Shown: positions 1 to 8,569 of the stretch, one piece after another | How the letters are laid out: the number at the start of each line of letters is the position of its first letter | How positions within the stretch are numbered: position 1 is the first letter of the stretch | DNA from: Armatimonadota bacterium | Lineage (GTDB): Bacteria; Armatimonadota; UBA5829; DTLH01 | NCBI GenBank assembly: GCA_039680575.1 | Contig: JBDKSP010000092.1 | Coordinates: 1-24,064, forward strand | DNA: 24,064 nt | Direction of reading: 5' to 3' | Position numbers and translations under genes: made by a program | Notes under the pieces: generated by a model | Seen by the model: the letters and a program-made list of their open reading frames with translations, nothing else | Database searches by the model: none | Told to the model about the DNA's origin: nothing

Positions 1-157
1 TTAAATTTCCCCGCGCACTTCATTAGCCGAGCCAAGTTAAAAGGCTCGGAAACCCCATTCTATCATATTTTATGGAGCTTTCGTCTTATTATGATCTCCA
101 CAAATCCAATAAGCCGGCTTCGGCGCAAACCACGCGCTGAAGCATGAAAGCTGAATG

Positions 158-1225
158 CTATCTCCCTTTATTAAGCCCCTTTACCTGCTTGTGGATCTTT
201 TTCCACTTCTCTTTTTCGATGAGTGAGGCTGCAACATCCTGTCGTCTCTCAAGGTAATTGAGTTCTTTAAGCATTTTCCTGTAGTTCTCGAACCTGGCGG
301 AGTCGAGATCGCCGTTTTCGAGCGCCTGCCGGACCTTGCAGCCGGGTTCATTGTTGTGACTGCAGTCGCTGAACCTGCAACCTCGCGCAAGGTTTTCGAT
401 ATCTTCGAAAGCTCCTGCAAGCCCTTCGTCAGCGTCCCACAGTTGCAGTTCGCGCATCCCGGGAGTGTCGATCACCAGCCCGCCGGAAGGTAAAACGAAC
501 ATCTGACGCCGCGTTGTGGTGTGCCGCCCTCTGCTGTCCGCCTCCCGCACTTCCTGAACGCTCTGCACGTCTTTGCCGATTAGATAGTTGACTATGGTGG
601 ACTTCCCGACACCCGATGAACCGAGAAGCGCAATCGTCTTCCCTTCAGTCAGGTAGTCCGACAGTTGATGAAGTCTCCTGTCTTCAAACACGCTTACCGC
701 ATGCACGGGAACTCCAGGCGCGGATGACTGAACCTCGCTTAGCTGTTCTTCGACAGCATCGGAAAGGTCGGATTTGGTCAGAATAACTGCCGGCTCTGCT
801 CCGCTTTCCCATGCAAGGGTCAGGTAGCGCTCGATTCTTCTCACGCTGAAGTTGTGGTCGAGCCCGACAACTATGAACACCGTGTCGATATTTGCTGCTA
901 CAGGCTGCTCACTCGTCCTTTTGCCCGGTTCTTTGCGCGAGAATTTGCTTTTCCTGGGCAAAATGGCGTGTATGATGGCTCTTTGAGGCTCTTCATCGAG
1001 AATATGTGCCGCCACCCAGTCGCCGACGACCGGAAAACCCAGTTGTTCGGGTGCATCGTAGTGCATCCTGCCGCTTACGATAGCGGGCGTCTCGCCTCGC
1101 TCAGTGTAGATTATGTAAGAGTTTTTATGTTCTAGGGATACTCTGCCGGCGGATAAGCCTTCGGTCTCGTAAGACATAAAATGACCGGCAAAGTGTGAGT
1201 TAAATCCCAGTTGTTCCAGTTTCAA
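158..1225 (-). CDS. rsgA: Ribosome small subunit-dependent GTPase A (long, second-paralog type)
   Basis: Circularly permuted GTPase motifs TKSD, GSSGVGKS, GRHTT, DTPG, plus the C-terminal Zn finger CRFSDCSHNNEPGC. Start moved from 1240 to TTG at 1225 because GGAGG (1234-1238) lies 8 nt upstream. Confidence 0.95.
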   Translation of the reverse strand: MKLEQLGFNSHFAGHFMSYETEGLSAGRVSLEHKNSYIIYTERGETPAIVSGRMHYDAPEQLGFPVVGDWVAAHILDEEPQRAIIHAILPRKSKFSRKEPGKRTSEQPVAANIDTVFIVVGLDHNFSVRRIERYLTLAWESGAEPAVILTKSDLSDAVEEQLSEVQSSAPGVPVHAVSVFEDRRLHQLSDYLTEGKTIALLGSSGVGKSTIVNYLIGKDVQSVQEVREADSRGRHTTTRRQMFVLPSGGLVIDTPGMRELQLWDADEGLAGAFEDIENLARGCRFSDCSHNNEPGCKVRQALENGDLDSARFENYRKMLKELNYLERRQDVAASLIEKEKWKKIHKQVKGLNKGR

Positions 1226-1349
1226 CGCAGGTTCCTCCAAACCATATCTGAATTCGATCGATAACAGATGCGGATACAGCGCTCACGCGCGTTGGAGGGT
1301 GCGAAGATGTACAGCCGGGTGTTTTAGTGGAAATCCAAGTGTGGCTGAC

Positions 1350-1418
1350 TTATCTGCCGGTCGCTCCGAGGCGCGCCGCTGATCCCGATATTTCAGATGT
1401 GTTTACTACAGTGACCAT
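1350..1418 (-). CDS. Putative leader peptide MVTVVNTSEISGSAARLGATGR (22 aa) upstream of rsgA
   Basis: Perfect SD AAGGAGG (1425-1431) 6 nt before the ATG at 1418, TAA at 1350-1352. Lies between the promoter and rsgA. Not in the ORF track. Confidence 0.65.
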   Translation of the reverse strand: MVTVVNTSEISGSAARLGATGR

Positions 1419-1440
1419 GTTGCGCCTCCTTTAGTAAGTC

Positions 1441-1492
1441 TCAGGTGTCACCTGAAACTCTCCCGGAAGATTTTCGGCTATAGCCGAAAATC
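1441..1492. promoter_or_regulatory. Two palindromes in the rsgA 5' leader
   Basis: TCAGGTG-T-CACCTGA (1441-1455) and the perfect 24-bp palindrome GATTTTCGGCTATAGCCGAAAATC (1469-1492). Confidence 0.6.
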
Positions 1493-1516
1493 CCAGATAA
1501 GTGTAAATCCTTTGGC

Positions 1517-1525
1517 ATTATACCA
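1517..1525 (-). promoter_or_regulatory. Extended -10 promoter for leader-rsgA
   Basis: TGGTATAAT on the minus strand. Confidence 0.6.
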
Positions 1526-1840
1526 CATTTTGAAGATTGCAATTGATAAGTTTGCTGCTGATTTTATTGCATGTTGCTCGGACCGGAATATGGAACTGCG
1601 CCAAAAACCCGGTATATTTGCGGGGCTCAAATGCCGATATACTAGATTGTGGTGTAATTAAATCGTAAACGAATCGGTAGAACTACTTGACTGATTTTGT
1701 CTGTAGTATTACCCTCTGTATATGTCAAACTATAAACTGAGTGTTTGATAGCTATAAATAACGGCAATAACGATTATATTACTTGATTTAATGCGCAGCA
1801 CCGTGTCATTTCCTATTAACTACTCCGGAGAGTGTACCAA

Positions 1841-2914
1841 ATGATGTATGCAGTCATTATGGCGGGCGGATCGGGCACAAGGTTGTGGCCCCGCTCACGC
1901 AAGAGCCGCCCCAAGCAGTTCCACAGCCTTACATCCGAACGCAGTCTGCTGCAGGAGACCGTAGCGAGACTGGAGCCGACTATCGATCCCGAACATGTCT
2001 ATGTCATTGCGAATAAATCGCATGTGGCGCCGATCAGGGAGCAGTTGGACAGAGTCCCTGCGGAGAATATCATCGGCGAACCAGTGGCGAGGAATACAGC
2101 TCCCGCAATCGGGATTATGGCGACGATACTTGCAGAAAAGGACCCGAATGCCATAATGCTCGTTCTACCGGCAGACCACTATATCGAAAAGGCCGATGAT
2201 TTCCGGCAGCTTCTGGAACTTGCAGAGAGAACGGTCTCGGAAGACGACTTCCTCCTCACCCTGGGGATCAAACCGACTTATCCCGAGACGGGTTTCGGCT
2301 ATATCGAGCTGGCAAGCGAGTACAGGGAAGTCGGGGAAGAGAAGATTTTCTGGGTCAAGAGTTTCAAGGAGAAACCGGACCTCGATACAGCACAGAAGTA
2401 TGTCGCATCCTGGCGGTATGTCTGGAACAGCGGTATGTTCGTGTGGAAGGTCAGCTCGATACTGGACAGGTTCAAAAAGCATGCACCGGACATCTACGGA
2501 GGTATGGAGCGGTTCCGTGAAGTGCTGGGCACGCCTAAAGAGCAGGAAGAGCTGGCAAAGATCTTCAAGAGCCTCCCCAGCATCTCCGTAGACTACGCAA
2601 TTCTGGAGAAATCCGAGAAAGTGCTTGTGATTCCGGCGGATATAGGCTGGAGTGACATCGGAAGCTGGAAGGCCGTATATGACCTTCTGAGTTTCGACGG
2701 CCAGACCAACGTCGTGAGCGGTAAGCACGTAGGGTTGGACACCTATAACTGTCTGATCCAGGGTGGAAACAGGCTTGTTGCCACGGTCGGACTGGACAAT
2801 ATGATCGTGGTAGATACGGATGATGTGGTATTGATCATGCCGAAAGGCCGGTCTCAGGATGTGAAGAAAATCCTGGAAAAACTCCAAAAGCAAGGCCGTA
2901 CGGAATATCTATAG
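1841..2914 (+). CDS. manC: Mannose-1-phosphate guanylyltransferase (no isomerase domain)
   Basis: AGGSGTRLWPRSR, EPVARNTAPA, PADH, FKEKP, WNSGMF, SVDYAILEK, WSDIGSW. ATG at 1841 or 1844 follows GGAG. Confidence 0.93.
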   Translation: MMYAVIMAGGSGTRLWPRSRKSRPKQFHSLTSERSLLQETVARLEPTIDPEHVYVIANKSHVAPIREQLDRVPAENIIGEPVARNTAPAIGIMATILAEKDPNAIMLVLPADHYIEKADDFRQLLELAERTVSEDDFLLTLGIKPTYPETGFGYIELASEYREVGEEKIFWVKSFKEKPDLDTAQKYVASWRYVWNSGMFVWKVSSILDRFKKHAPDIYGGMERFREVLGTPKEQEELAKIFKSLPSISVDYAILEKSEKVLVIPADIGWSDIGSWKAVYDLLSFDGQTNVVSGKHVGLDTYNCLIQGGNRLVATVGLDNMIVVDTDDVVLIMPKGRSQDVKKILEKLQKQGRTEYL

Positions 2915-2974
2915 AGATATAGCCGTACGAAAGGTCTATAGAGATATGGCCGTACGGAATGTCTATAGATATAT
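2894..2974 (+). repeat. Three tandem 27-bp copies of the manC 3' end
   Basis: GGCCGTACGGAATATCTATAGAGATAT / AGCCGTACGAAAGGTCTATAGAGATAT / GGCCGTACGGAATGTCTATAGATATAT. Confidence 0.9.
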
Positions 2975-2990
2975 GGTCGAGATTATCACA

Positions 2991-3030
2991 CGATGAGGCG
3001 CGGCGGTAAAACCGCGCCTCATCGCTATTT
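2991..3030 (+). terminator. Probable intrinsic terminator after manC
   Basis: 13-bp stem CGATGAGGCGCGG / CCGCGCCTCATCG followed by a weak T-rich tail (CTATTT). Confidence 0.7.
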
Positions 3031-3126
3031 ATGCCGTTTTCTGCGTTCGTTGGGCTTCTTTTATTTATTTCTTCCCTTACTCTTTCTCTTACTCTTTCAA
3101 TATCTCTCGATATTAGCCGGTTTTTT

Positions 3127-3135
3127 TGGTATAAT
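3127..3135 (+). promoter_or_regulatory. Extended -10 promoter of mreBCD
   Basis: TGGTATAAT about 150 nt upstream of mreB. Confidence 0.55.
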
Positions 3136-3285
3136 TACGTCTAATCAGCGTTATTCGCTTTTCCTGTGAATAATGTTCTGCTGGAAAGCTTTATCAGCTT
3201 TATGAATAAAGCCAATGAGCCGGACAAGTAATCCATTGTGGGAAGGTCGTTTGGCCTGCGCCGGCTGGGAGTAATATCGCGAGAA

Positions 3286-4338
3286 ATGGGAGTTATTTCT
3301 AAGGTATTTGGTAGGTTTACGAGAGCAATAGGCATCGATCTTGGGACAGCGAACACCCTTGTTCACGTTCGAGGACGGGGAATATTGCTTCGTGAGCCAT
3401 CGGTTATTGCAATTGAGACGGAAACCCGCAAGGTGCTCGCAGTCGGAGAGGAAGCAAAGCGGATGCTCGGACGGACTCCGGGCAACGTAATAGCTATCCG
3501 TCCGCTCAAGGACGGAGTCATAGCCGACTTCGATCACACCGAGCAGATGCTTCGCGGGTTTATACATAAAGTCCACCGCCGGAACAGTTTTATCCACCCT
3601 CAGGTGGTAGTTGGTATACCTTCAGGTGTAACTGAAGTCGAAAGGCGTGCTGTTATAGACGCTGCAAAGAAGGCTGGTGCACAGGATGCTTACCTGATGG
3701 AAGAACCGATGGCTGCAGCTATCGGCGCGGGGCTTCCAGTCAGTGAACCTACCGGATCGATGATCGTTGATATCGGCGGAGGGACTACAGAAGTCGCCGT
3801 CATCTCGCTAGGCGGAATAGTCACCGCAAAATCCGTAAGGATAGCCGGTGATGAGATAGACGAAGCGATTGTCGCTTACATTAGAAAAGTCTATAACCTC
3901 CTGATAGGCGATCGCACTGCTGAGGAAGTCAAACTGCAGATCGGTTCGGCCTATCCGATTGAGGAAGAGTTGACTATGGAAGTCAGGGGAAGAGATCTGG
4001 TTACTGGGCTTCCGAGAAGCGCCAAAGTCTCTTCGATGGAAATCCGCGAGGCGATCAACGATCCTGTATTTGCCATTGTAGAGAGCGTAAAACTGACCCT
4101 GGAAGCGACTCCTCCTGAGCTTTCATCAGATATTATGGACCGTGGCATAGTCCTCGCCGGAGGCGGTGCGCTTCTTAGGGGACTGGACAGACTGCTTTCA
4201 GTGGAAACGCAAATGCCGGTGCATATAGCTGCCGATCCTTTGAGCGCGGTCGCCATCGGCACAGGTAAGGCGCTTGAGGAGTCCGAGAGCAATCCGGGGC
4301 TGAGAAAGGTTCTTATCAGTTCCGCACGAATGCACTGA
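3286..4338 (+). CDS. mreB: Rod shape-determining actin-like protein MreB
   Basis: [50 protein letters not shown]. Start is probably ATG 3286 (ORF open from 3238). Confidence 0.97.
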   Translation: MGVISKVFGRFTRAIGIDLGTANTLVHVRGRGILLREPSVIAIETETRKVLAVGEEAKRMLGRTPGNVIAIRPLKDGVIADFDHTEQMLRGFIHKVHRRNSFIHPQVVVGIPSGVTEVERRAVIDAAKKAGAQDAYLMEEPMAAAIGAGLPVSEPTGSMIVDIGGGTTEVAVISLGGIVTAKSVRIAGDEIDEAIVAYIRKVYNLLIGDRTAEEVKLQIGSAYPIEEELTMEVRGRDLVTGLPRSAKVSSMEIREAINDPVFAIVESVKLTLEATPPELSSDIMDRGIVLAGGGALLRGLDRLLSVETQMPVHIAADPLSAVAIGTGKALEESESNPGLRKVLISSARMH

Positions 4339-4358
4339 ACCCTGGAGACTCATAGCCG

Positions 4359-5192
4359 ATGCTTCACATCTTTCGGAACGGAAAGATAATCACTTTCGTT
4401 TTGCTGCTGGTCCTCGCCATAGGTGTGGGGACCATGCACAATCGTACGCAAAGCAGAGGCTCGTCATACTTTCCCGAAGACGCTGTCCGAGTGGTCATAA
4501 AACCATTTCAGGTTGCAGTGTCGGGAATAGGTGGTTTTTTCTCCGGGATTGCGAAGTCTGTCAGGTCGCATCACGCGTTTCGCAAGGAGAATGATGCGCT
4601 CCGGGATGAAGTGAAGCGGCTGAACATGGAATTGGTAAGCATCCGCGAAGAAGCAGCCGAAGCGCGGAGGCTGCGCGCCGAAATAGGACTGAAAGAGGAA
4701 TCTCCCGAAAAGCTCCTTCCGGTCAGGATCATCTCAAGAGACCCCAGCGAATGGTTTGTCACGGCTACATTGGACCGCGGCAGGACAAGCGGAATCCGAT
4801 CAGGGCAAGCCGTCATCACCCATCGCGGGTTGATAGGCCAGGTGTTTGAAGTTTCTCCAAACAACGCGCAGGTGCGTGCCATTACCGATGGGAGTGACGA
4901 TCATGGTGGTGTTGGCGCGATGGTCCAGCGCTCCAGAGTCGTCGGAATCTGTATGGGACAGGGGTCCGATCTTCTCCAGCTCACGTATCTTTCCAAAGAT
5001 GCTGATATCAAGAATGGGGACATCATAGTTACATCCGGGCAGGGTGGGGTTGTGCCTAAGGGGCTGCCGATAGGGCGGGTAATCAGCGTGAAGACCGAGA
5101 GCGGTGGGTTTATGAAGTCCGCAACAATAAGGCCAAGCGTCAAATTGGGCCAGACAGAAGAAGCATTCGTTGTCATTCGGAAGGTGGAGTAA
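4359..5192 (+). CDS. mreC: Rod shape-determining protein MreC
   Basis: N-terminal TM, coiled coil, GLIGQV, GDIIVTSG..GVVPKGLPIGRV; directly follows mreB. Confidence 0.95.
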   Translation: MLHIFRNGKIITFVLLLVLAIGVGTMHNRTQSRGSSYFPEDAVRVVIKPFQVAVSGIGGFFSGIAKSVRSHHAFRKENDALRDEVKRLNMELVSIREEAAEARRLRAEIGLKEESPEKLLPVRIISRDPSEWFVTATLDRGRTSGIRSGQAVITHRGLIGQVFEVSPNNAQVRAITDGSDDHGGVGAMVQRSRVVGICMGQGSDLLQLTYLSKDADIKNGDIIVTSGQGGVVPKGLPIGRVISVKTESGGFMKSATIRPSVKLGQTEEAFVVIRKVE

Positions 5193-5687
5193 GTGCGAAA
5201 GTACGTAATCCCCGTGCTTATGCTGGTTTTTGCCGGCGCACTGCAGGGAAACATTCCGTCCTGGATGGTAATAAAGGGTGCGAGACCGGACCTGATCCTT
5301 GTAGTGCTTATAACTATAGCGCTTGGACTCGACCCCGGAGCTGGCGCGGTTCTGGGCTTTCTGGCAGGGTTGATCCATGGGTCTATCGTAGGTGTCAGCC
5401 TTGGGAGTTTCATCGCAAGCTGCACGATCATCGGGTTCGCAGCCGGGTTCGTGACGATCAGGATGTTTTCCGAAAACCCCATTGTGCCGGTGATTGTCGC
5501 TGGAGTGTTGACCTTTGCAGGGGAGATTATGTTCCTCCTTACCAACCCGGTTGCCGGCTTTCTTGTATCCCTTAACATTGTACTCTTCAAAACGCTCTAC
5601 AACAGCCTGCTTACGCTCATACTGTTCTGGGTCATCAGGTGGATTCAGATAAGACGAAAGATTAAGATGGCAGCGGCCAGGCTGTAG
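5193..5687 (+). CDS. mreD: Rod shape-determining protein MreD
   Basis: 164-aa polytopic membrane protein with PDLILV and GFLAGL; abuts mreC. Confidence 0.9.
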   Translation: MRKYVIPVLMLVFAGALQGNIPSWMVIKGARPDLILVVLITIALGLDPGAGAVLGFLAGLIHGSIVGVSLGSFIASCTIIGFAAGFVTIRMFSENPIVPVIVAGVLTFAGEIMFLLTNPVAGFLVSLNIVLFKTLYNSLLTLILFWVIRWIQIRRKIKMAAARL

Positions 5688-5755
5688 CCGTCAGCTTTTG
5701 AATCGCGAGATACGCGAAGAAGCGCGGAAGACGCGAAAAGGGATTGGTGGAGAGT
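5685..5755 (+). repeat. Post-stop intergenic repeat module (GTCAGCTTTTGAA, CGCGAA units, GATTGGTGGAGA)
   Basis: Shares GTCAGCTTTTGAAnCGCG with the minus strand near 6787-6805, and GATTGGTGGAGA with 6687-6698 and ~20176-20187 (-). Confidence 0.7.
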
Positions 5756-5801
5756 TTAGAGAATTAGTTAGACCTCGAAACATAAAATCTGGAGAAAGTA
5801 A

Positions 5802-5999
5802 ATGTCTTGCGATAAATCCAAACAGAACGCAGATAAGTGCAATTGCACCTATCCCGGATGTCCGCGAAAGGGTAAATGCTGCGAGTGCCTGAGCTATCAT
5901 TTGAGTTGTGACCAGCTTCCGGCCTGCGCCTTCCCGAACGATGTTGAGCGGACCTATGACAGGTCTTTTGCGAAGTTCATAGCGTGTCACAGTAAATGA
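5802..5999 (+). CDS. Small Cys-rich protein, DUF6485-like
   Basis: CNCTYPGCPRKGKCCECLSYH...LPACAFP..VERTYDRSF pattern; GGAGA SD; stop overlaps the nth start (ATGA). Confidence 0.8.
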   Translation: MSCDKSKQNADKCNCTYPGCPRKGKCCECLSYHLSCDQLPACAFPNDVERTYDRSFAKFIACHSK

Positions 6000-6658
6000 T
6001 AAACGAGACCCCCGATCAAAAAAAGGCGCGGGCAGTCAGGGTCATCGAGATATTGAAGTCTACCTACCCGGACGCGCAGGTTACACTCGACTACACAAAT
6101 CCCTTCGGGCTGCTTGTTTCGACCATCCTTGCCGCGCAGTGCACTGACGAGCGCGTAAACCAGGTAACGCCTGCGCTTTTCGCGCGTTATCCATCCCCGG
6201 AGGCGTTTGCTGAAGCGGATGAGTCCGAACTGCAGGAACTTATCCGCCCGACGGGGTTTTTCAGGCAAAAAGCCCGCTCGATCATAGAAGTTGCCCAGGA
6301 TATAGTCGGGAAATTCGGCGGAAAAGTGCCGGACACACTCGAAGAACTGACTTCCCTAAGAGGGGTGGGGCGGAAGACCGCAAACCTGATCCTGGGAGTG
6401 GTATACGGCAAGCAGGCGATAGTTGTCGATACCCATGTGAAGCGGATATCAGCACGGCTCGGCCTGACCGAACACAAAGACCCGACCAAGATCGAGTTCG
6501 ATCTTATGGGTGTAGTGCCCGAAGCGCACTGGACGGAGATCAACCACCTGTTTATAGCTCACGGGCGCGCAATCTGCAAAGCTCCGACACCGCTCTGCGA
6601 AATATGTCCTCTCCTTGAGCTTTGCCCGTATGGTAAAGCAAGAATGGGCGGCAGTTAG
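5996..6658 (+). CDS. nth: Endonuclease III
   Basis: ILAAQCTD, HhH motif LRGVGRKTAN, VDTHV, 4Fe-4S motif CKAPTPLCEICPLLELC. Confidence 0.96.
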   Translation: MINETPDQKKARAVRVIEILKSTYPDAQVTLDYTNPFGLLVSTILAAQCTDERVNQVTPALFARYPSPEAFAEADESELQELIRPTGFFRQKARSIIEVAQDIVGKFGGKVPDTLEELTSLRGVGRKTANLILGVVYGKQAIVVDTHVKRISARLGLTEHKDPTKIEFDLMGVVPEAHWTEINHLFIAHGRAICKAPTPLCEICPLLELCPYGKARMGGS

Positions 6659-6686
6659 CCATTAATAGGAACCAGGGGAGAAAAGA

Positions 6687-6817
6687 GATTGGTGGAGACT
6701 CGTACTTCGGGGCGAAAAGCGGTCCCGAAGCATAGGGGTAGATGCTGTAAATCTCTACCTTCCGCGTTTCCCATTATTCCGCGTCTCCGCGTTTCAAAAG
6801 CTGACTGCTGGCTGCTA
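6687..6817. repeat. Composite palindromic intergenic module between convergent genes
   Basis: GATTGGTGGAGA, hairpin CTTCGGG...CCCGAAG (about 6702-6734), GGTAGA/TCTACC hairpin, CCGCGT units, AAAAGCTGAC. Confidence 0.75.
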
Positions 6818-7444
6818 AAAGATGGACGGGTACCAGCTCAGCGTAAGCAGGTAGATGTCTCTATTCAAACCGCTGTTATTTCGGATATAAGCTGCTGTAA
6901 GCTCCAATTTACTGTTGAGACGGAAGCAAAGCCCCACACTGCCTGCGTTCTCATTTCCCTCTATATAGTCAGCCTGGAATGTCACCCGCTCGTTCAATGG
7001 CTTGTCATAACCGAACATAGGGTGGGTAGAACTCTCGATCCCGATCAAACCAGCATGCAGCCGTCCGCACCCGAGGGGCACATGACCTACTGCGTAAGGC
7101 TGGGATTTTATGTTGTTTCCGACATTCTGCACGCCGATTGCAGCAGCAGGAGACCCGTTCCGCCATGCGACAGCCAGCTTTACATTCCATGCACCGAAGC
7201 TGATGCCATCGCTGTAATCGTCGTAGCCGATTTCGATGCCTTTACCAAGCCCTAATTGCGTGAGCAGAGCTGTTTCAGCGTTAGTGAATATATGTGTTTG
7301 TTCGCCAGCCCGTTCGACCTCAACCGCCGCTGTGCCTTTGTCCAGCACATCGGCCGTAGGAATGATATTGAGCCCGCTCGCAGCCCCGAAAACAGGTTCA
7401 GTGAGTAAAATCAGGGCTAAAACTAATGGAATTCTTACTGCCAA
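6815..7444 (-). CDS. Exported, probable outer-membrane beta-barrel protein (YjbH-like)
   Basis: Signal peptide ending VFG-A, GLNIIPTAD motif, alternating beta-strand pattern, C-terminal Phe. Confidence 0.6.
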   Translation of the reverse strand: MAVRIPLVLALILLTEPVFGAASGLNIIPTADVLDKGTAAVEVERAGEQTHIFTNAETALLTQLGLGKGIEIGYDDYSDGISFGAWNVKLAVAWRNGSPAAAIGVQNVGNNIKSQPYAVGHVPLGCGRLHAGLIGIESSTHPMFGYDKPLNERVTFQADYIEGNENAGSVGLCFRLNSKLELTAAYIRNNSGLNRDIYLLTLSWYPSIF

Positions 7445-7585
7445 TTCTATTCCTCTGAAAATCGTCCTTAATGGATAGAGTTAATCATATTACTTTTTTC
7501 TTATTATAAGATAAAATCAATTGAATATTGATAAGCGCCCTGAATCAAACTTTTGCTGGGCTAGCTGAAAATCCTCTTTTTTGCA

Positions 7586-7594
7586 TGATATAAT
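7586..7594 (+). promoter_or_regulatory. Extended -10 promoter
   Basis: TGATATAAT, followed by SD GAGGTGA (7618-7624) and ATG 7629. Confidence 0.6.
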
Positions 7595-7628
7595 GCTGTA
7601 ACTTACATATTGCAGGTGAGGTGAAGCG

Positions 7629-8531
7629 ATGCCGAACTCGATAATTGTTGCGGTTGTGCTTGCCGTAACAACATATCTCGTTGTAAGGAGGCATAAGACA
7701 GCCCGGGAGGTCTCCAGTTGGCTTGGGATGCTTGGAGTTATGTTGAAATCAGGGGTTAGCATCGAGCAAGCGCTTCAAACCCTGGCTGTGGAGCCTAAAA
7801 CCCGCAAATTTGCACGGATAACTAAGGAGATACAGCAAGGTATAGAAGACGGGGATTCATTGTCTGGCGTAATCCGCGCCTTAAGCTGTTATAGAACGAA
7901 GAGATTTCTGAGCGGTGCAGCAATTCTTGCGATTGAGGAAGCAGAAAAGAAAGGGAATCTGCCTGACGTTCTGATTGATCTGAGCAGATATCGTATGAGG
8001 CAGCTGCCGTCAATGGCACAGACTGACTCAGATGGTGAGACACCTGTAATTGAGCTTATCGAAGAACCTCAATCCCCAGCGTTTAATAACACAAGCACAA
8101 GTATCTCTGATGCATTGGATAAATATGGTGATAGTGAAGACTTTGGTGAACTGTGCAATAATAGCCTTTCGATTATGCACTTGGACAAAACACCACTTTC
8201 CAGGATAATTACGACTATCATAACAGGCGCAATATCGAGTGATTCTTCTGAGATCAGGTTTGCAGCCACACCCATGGGAATGATGGTTCTGTATGTAAAA
8301 AGCAATGAAGAACCCAGAGAGATGATGTTCCTTCCCAGATACATAGAGCAGCCTATCAGAAACAAGTTTATGCGGCTTGCGGGCATCTCTTATTGGTCTA
8401 TAGCCGATGAGACAGGTGAGTTTGCGGCAAAGTTCTTGGGTAAGTTGTATCAGCTCAAGGTCTTTTCAACCCCAGATGATCCCCAGGCTTTTATGCGTAT
8501 TGTAATACAAAAAATGAGCGATGAAGAGTAG
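7629..8531 (+). CDS. Membrane-anchored fusion: T2SSF (PilC/GspF) cytoplasmic domain plus a divergent PilB/GspE N2-like domain, no ATPase
   Basis: LGVMLKSGVSIEQAL...IEDGDSLS...AEKKGNLPDVLIDLS fits T2SSF. IITGAISSDSSEIRF...NKFMRLAGI...GEF...LKVFSTP aligns by eye with the GspE segment ASDIHIEP...RIKIMA...QDG...LRVSTLP. Confidence 0.75.
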   Translation: MPNSIIVAVVLAVTTYLVVRRHKTAREVSSWLGMLGVMLKSGVSIEQALQTLAVEPKTRKFARITKEIQQGIEDGDSLSGVIRALSCYRTKRFLSGAAILAIEEAEKKGNLPDVLIDLSRYRMRQLPSMAQTDSDGETPVIELIEEPQSPAFNNTSTSISDALDKYGDSEDFGELCNNSLSIMHLDKTPLSRIITTIITGAISSDSSEIRFAATPMGMMVLYVKSNEEPREMMFLPRYIEQPIRNKFMRLAGISYWSIADETGEFAAKFLGKLYQLKVFSTPDDPQAFMRIVIQKMSDEE

Positions 8532-8549
8532 AATCCTCGTCGCTCATTT
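8512..8549. terminator. Hairpin, probable terminator between convergent genes
   Basis: AAATGAGCGATGA ... TCGTCGCTCATTT, overlapping the stop of the upstream CDS. Confidence 0.55.
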
Positions 8550-8569
8550 CTAAATAATATAACTTCTTT

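Noticed and set aside
26..49. Hairpin CCGAGCC/GGCTCGG as the rsgA terminator
   Set aside because: No U-tract on the minus strand, and the context is cut by the window edge.
1530..1830. AT-rich intergenic region as an ncRNA or origin
   Set aside because: No convincing structure, DnaA-box cluster or tRNA fold; explained as a divergent promoter region.
2165..2893. 242-aa minus-strand ORF and the other short nested ORFs in the track
   Set aside because: They overlap well-supported genes in other frames and show no recognisable family motifs.
2912..2968. Amber read-through or pyrrolysine recoding at repeated in-frame TAGs
   Set aside because: TAG ends many genes here at their expected family C-termini, no pyl genes are present, and the extension has no protein-like character.
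2894..2974. 27-bp repeats as a mini CRISPR array
   Set aside because: Units are contiguous with no spacers, derive from the manC end, and no cas genes are present.
6689..7255. 188-aa plus-strand ORF
   Set aside because: Starts inside a repeat module and is antisense to the signal-peptide-bearing gene.
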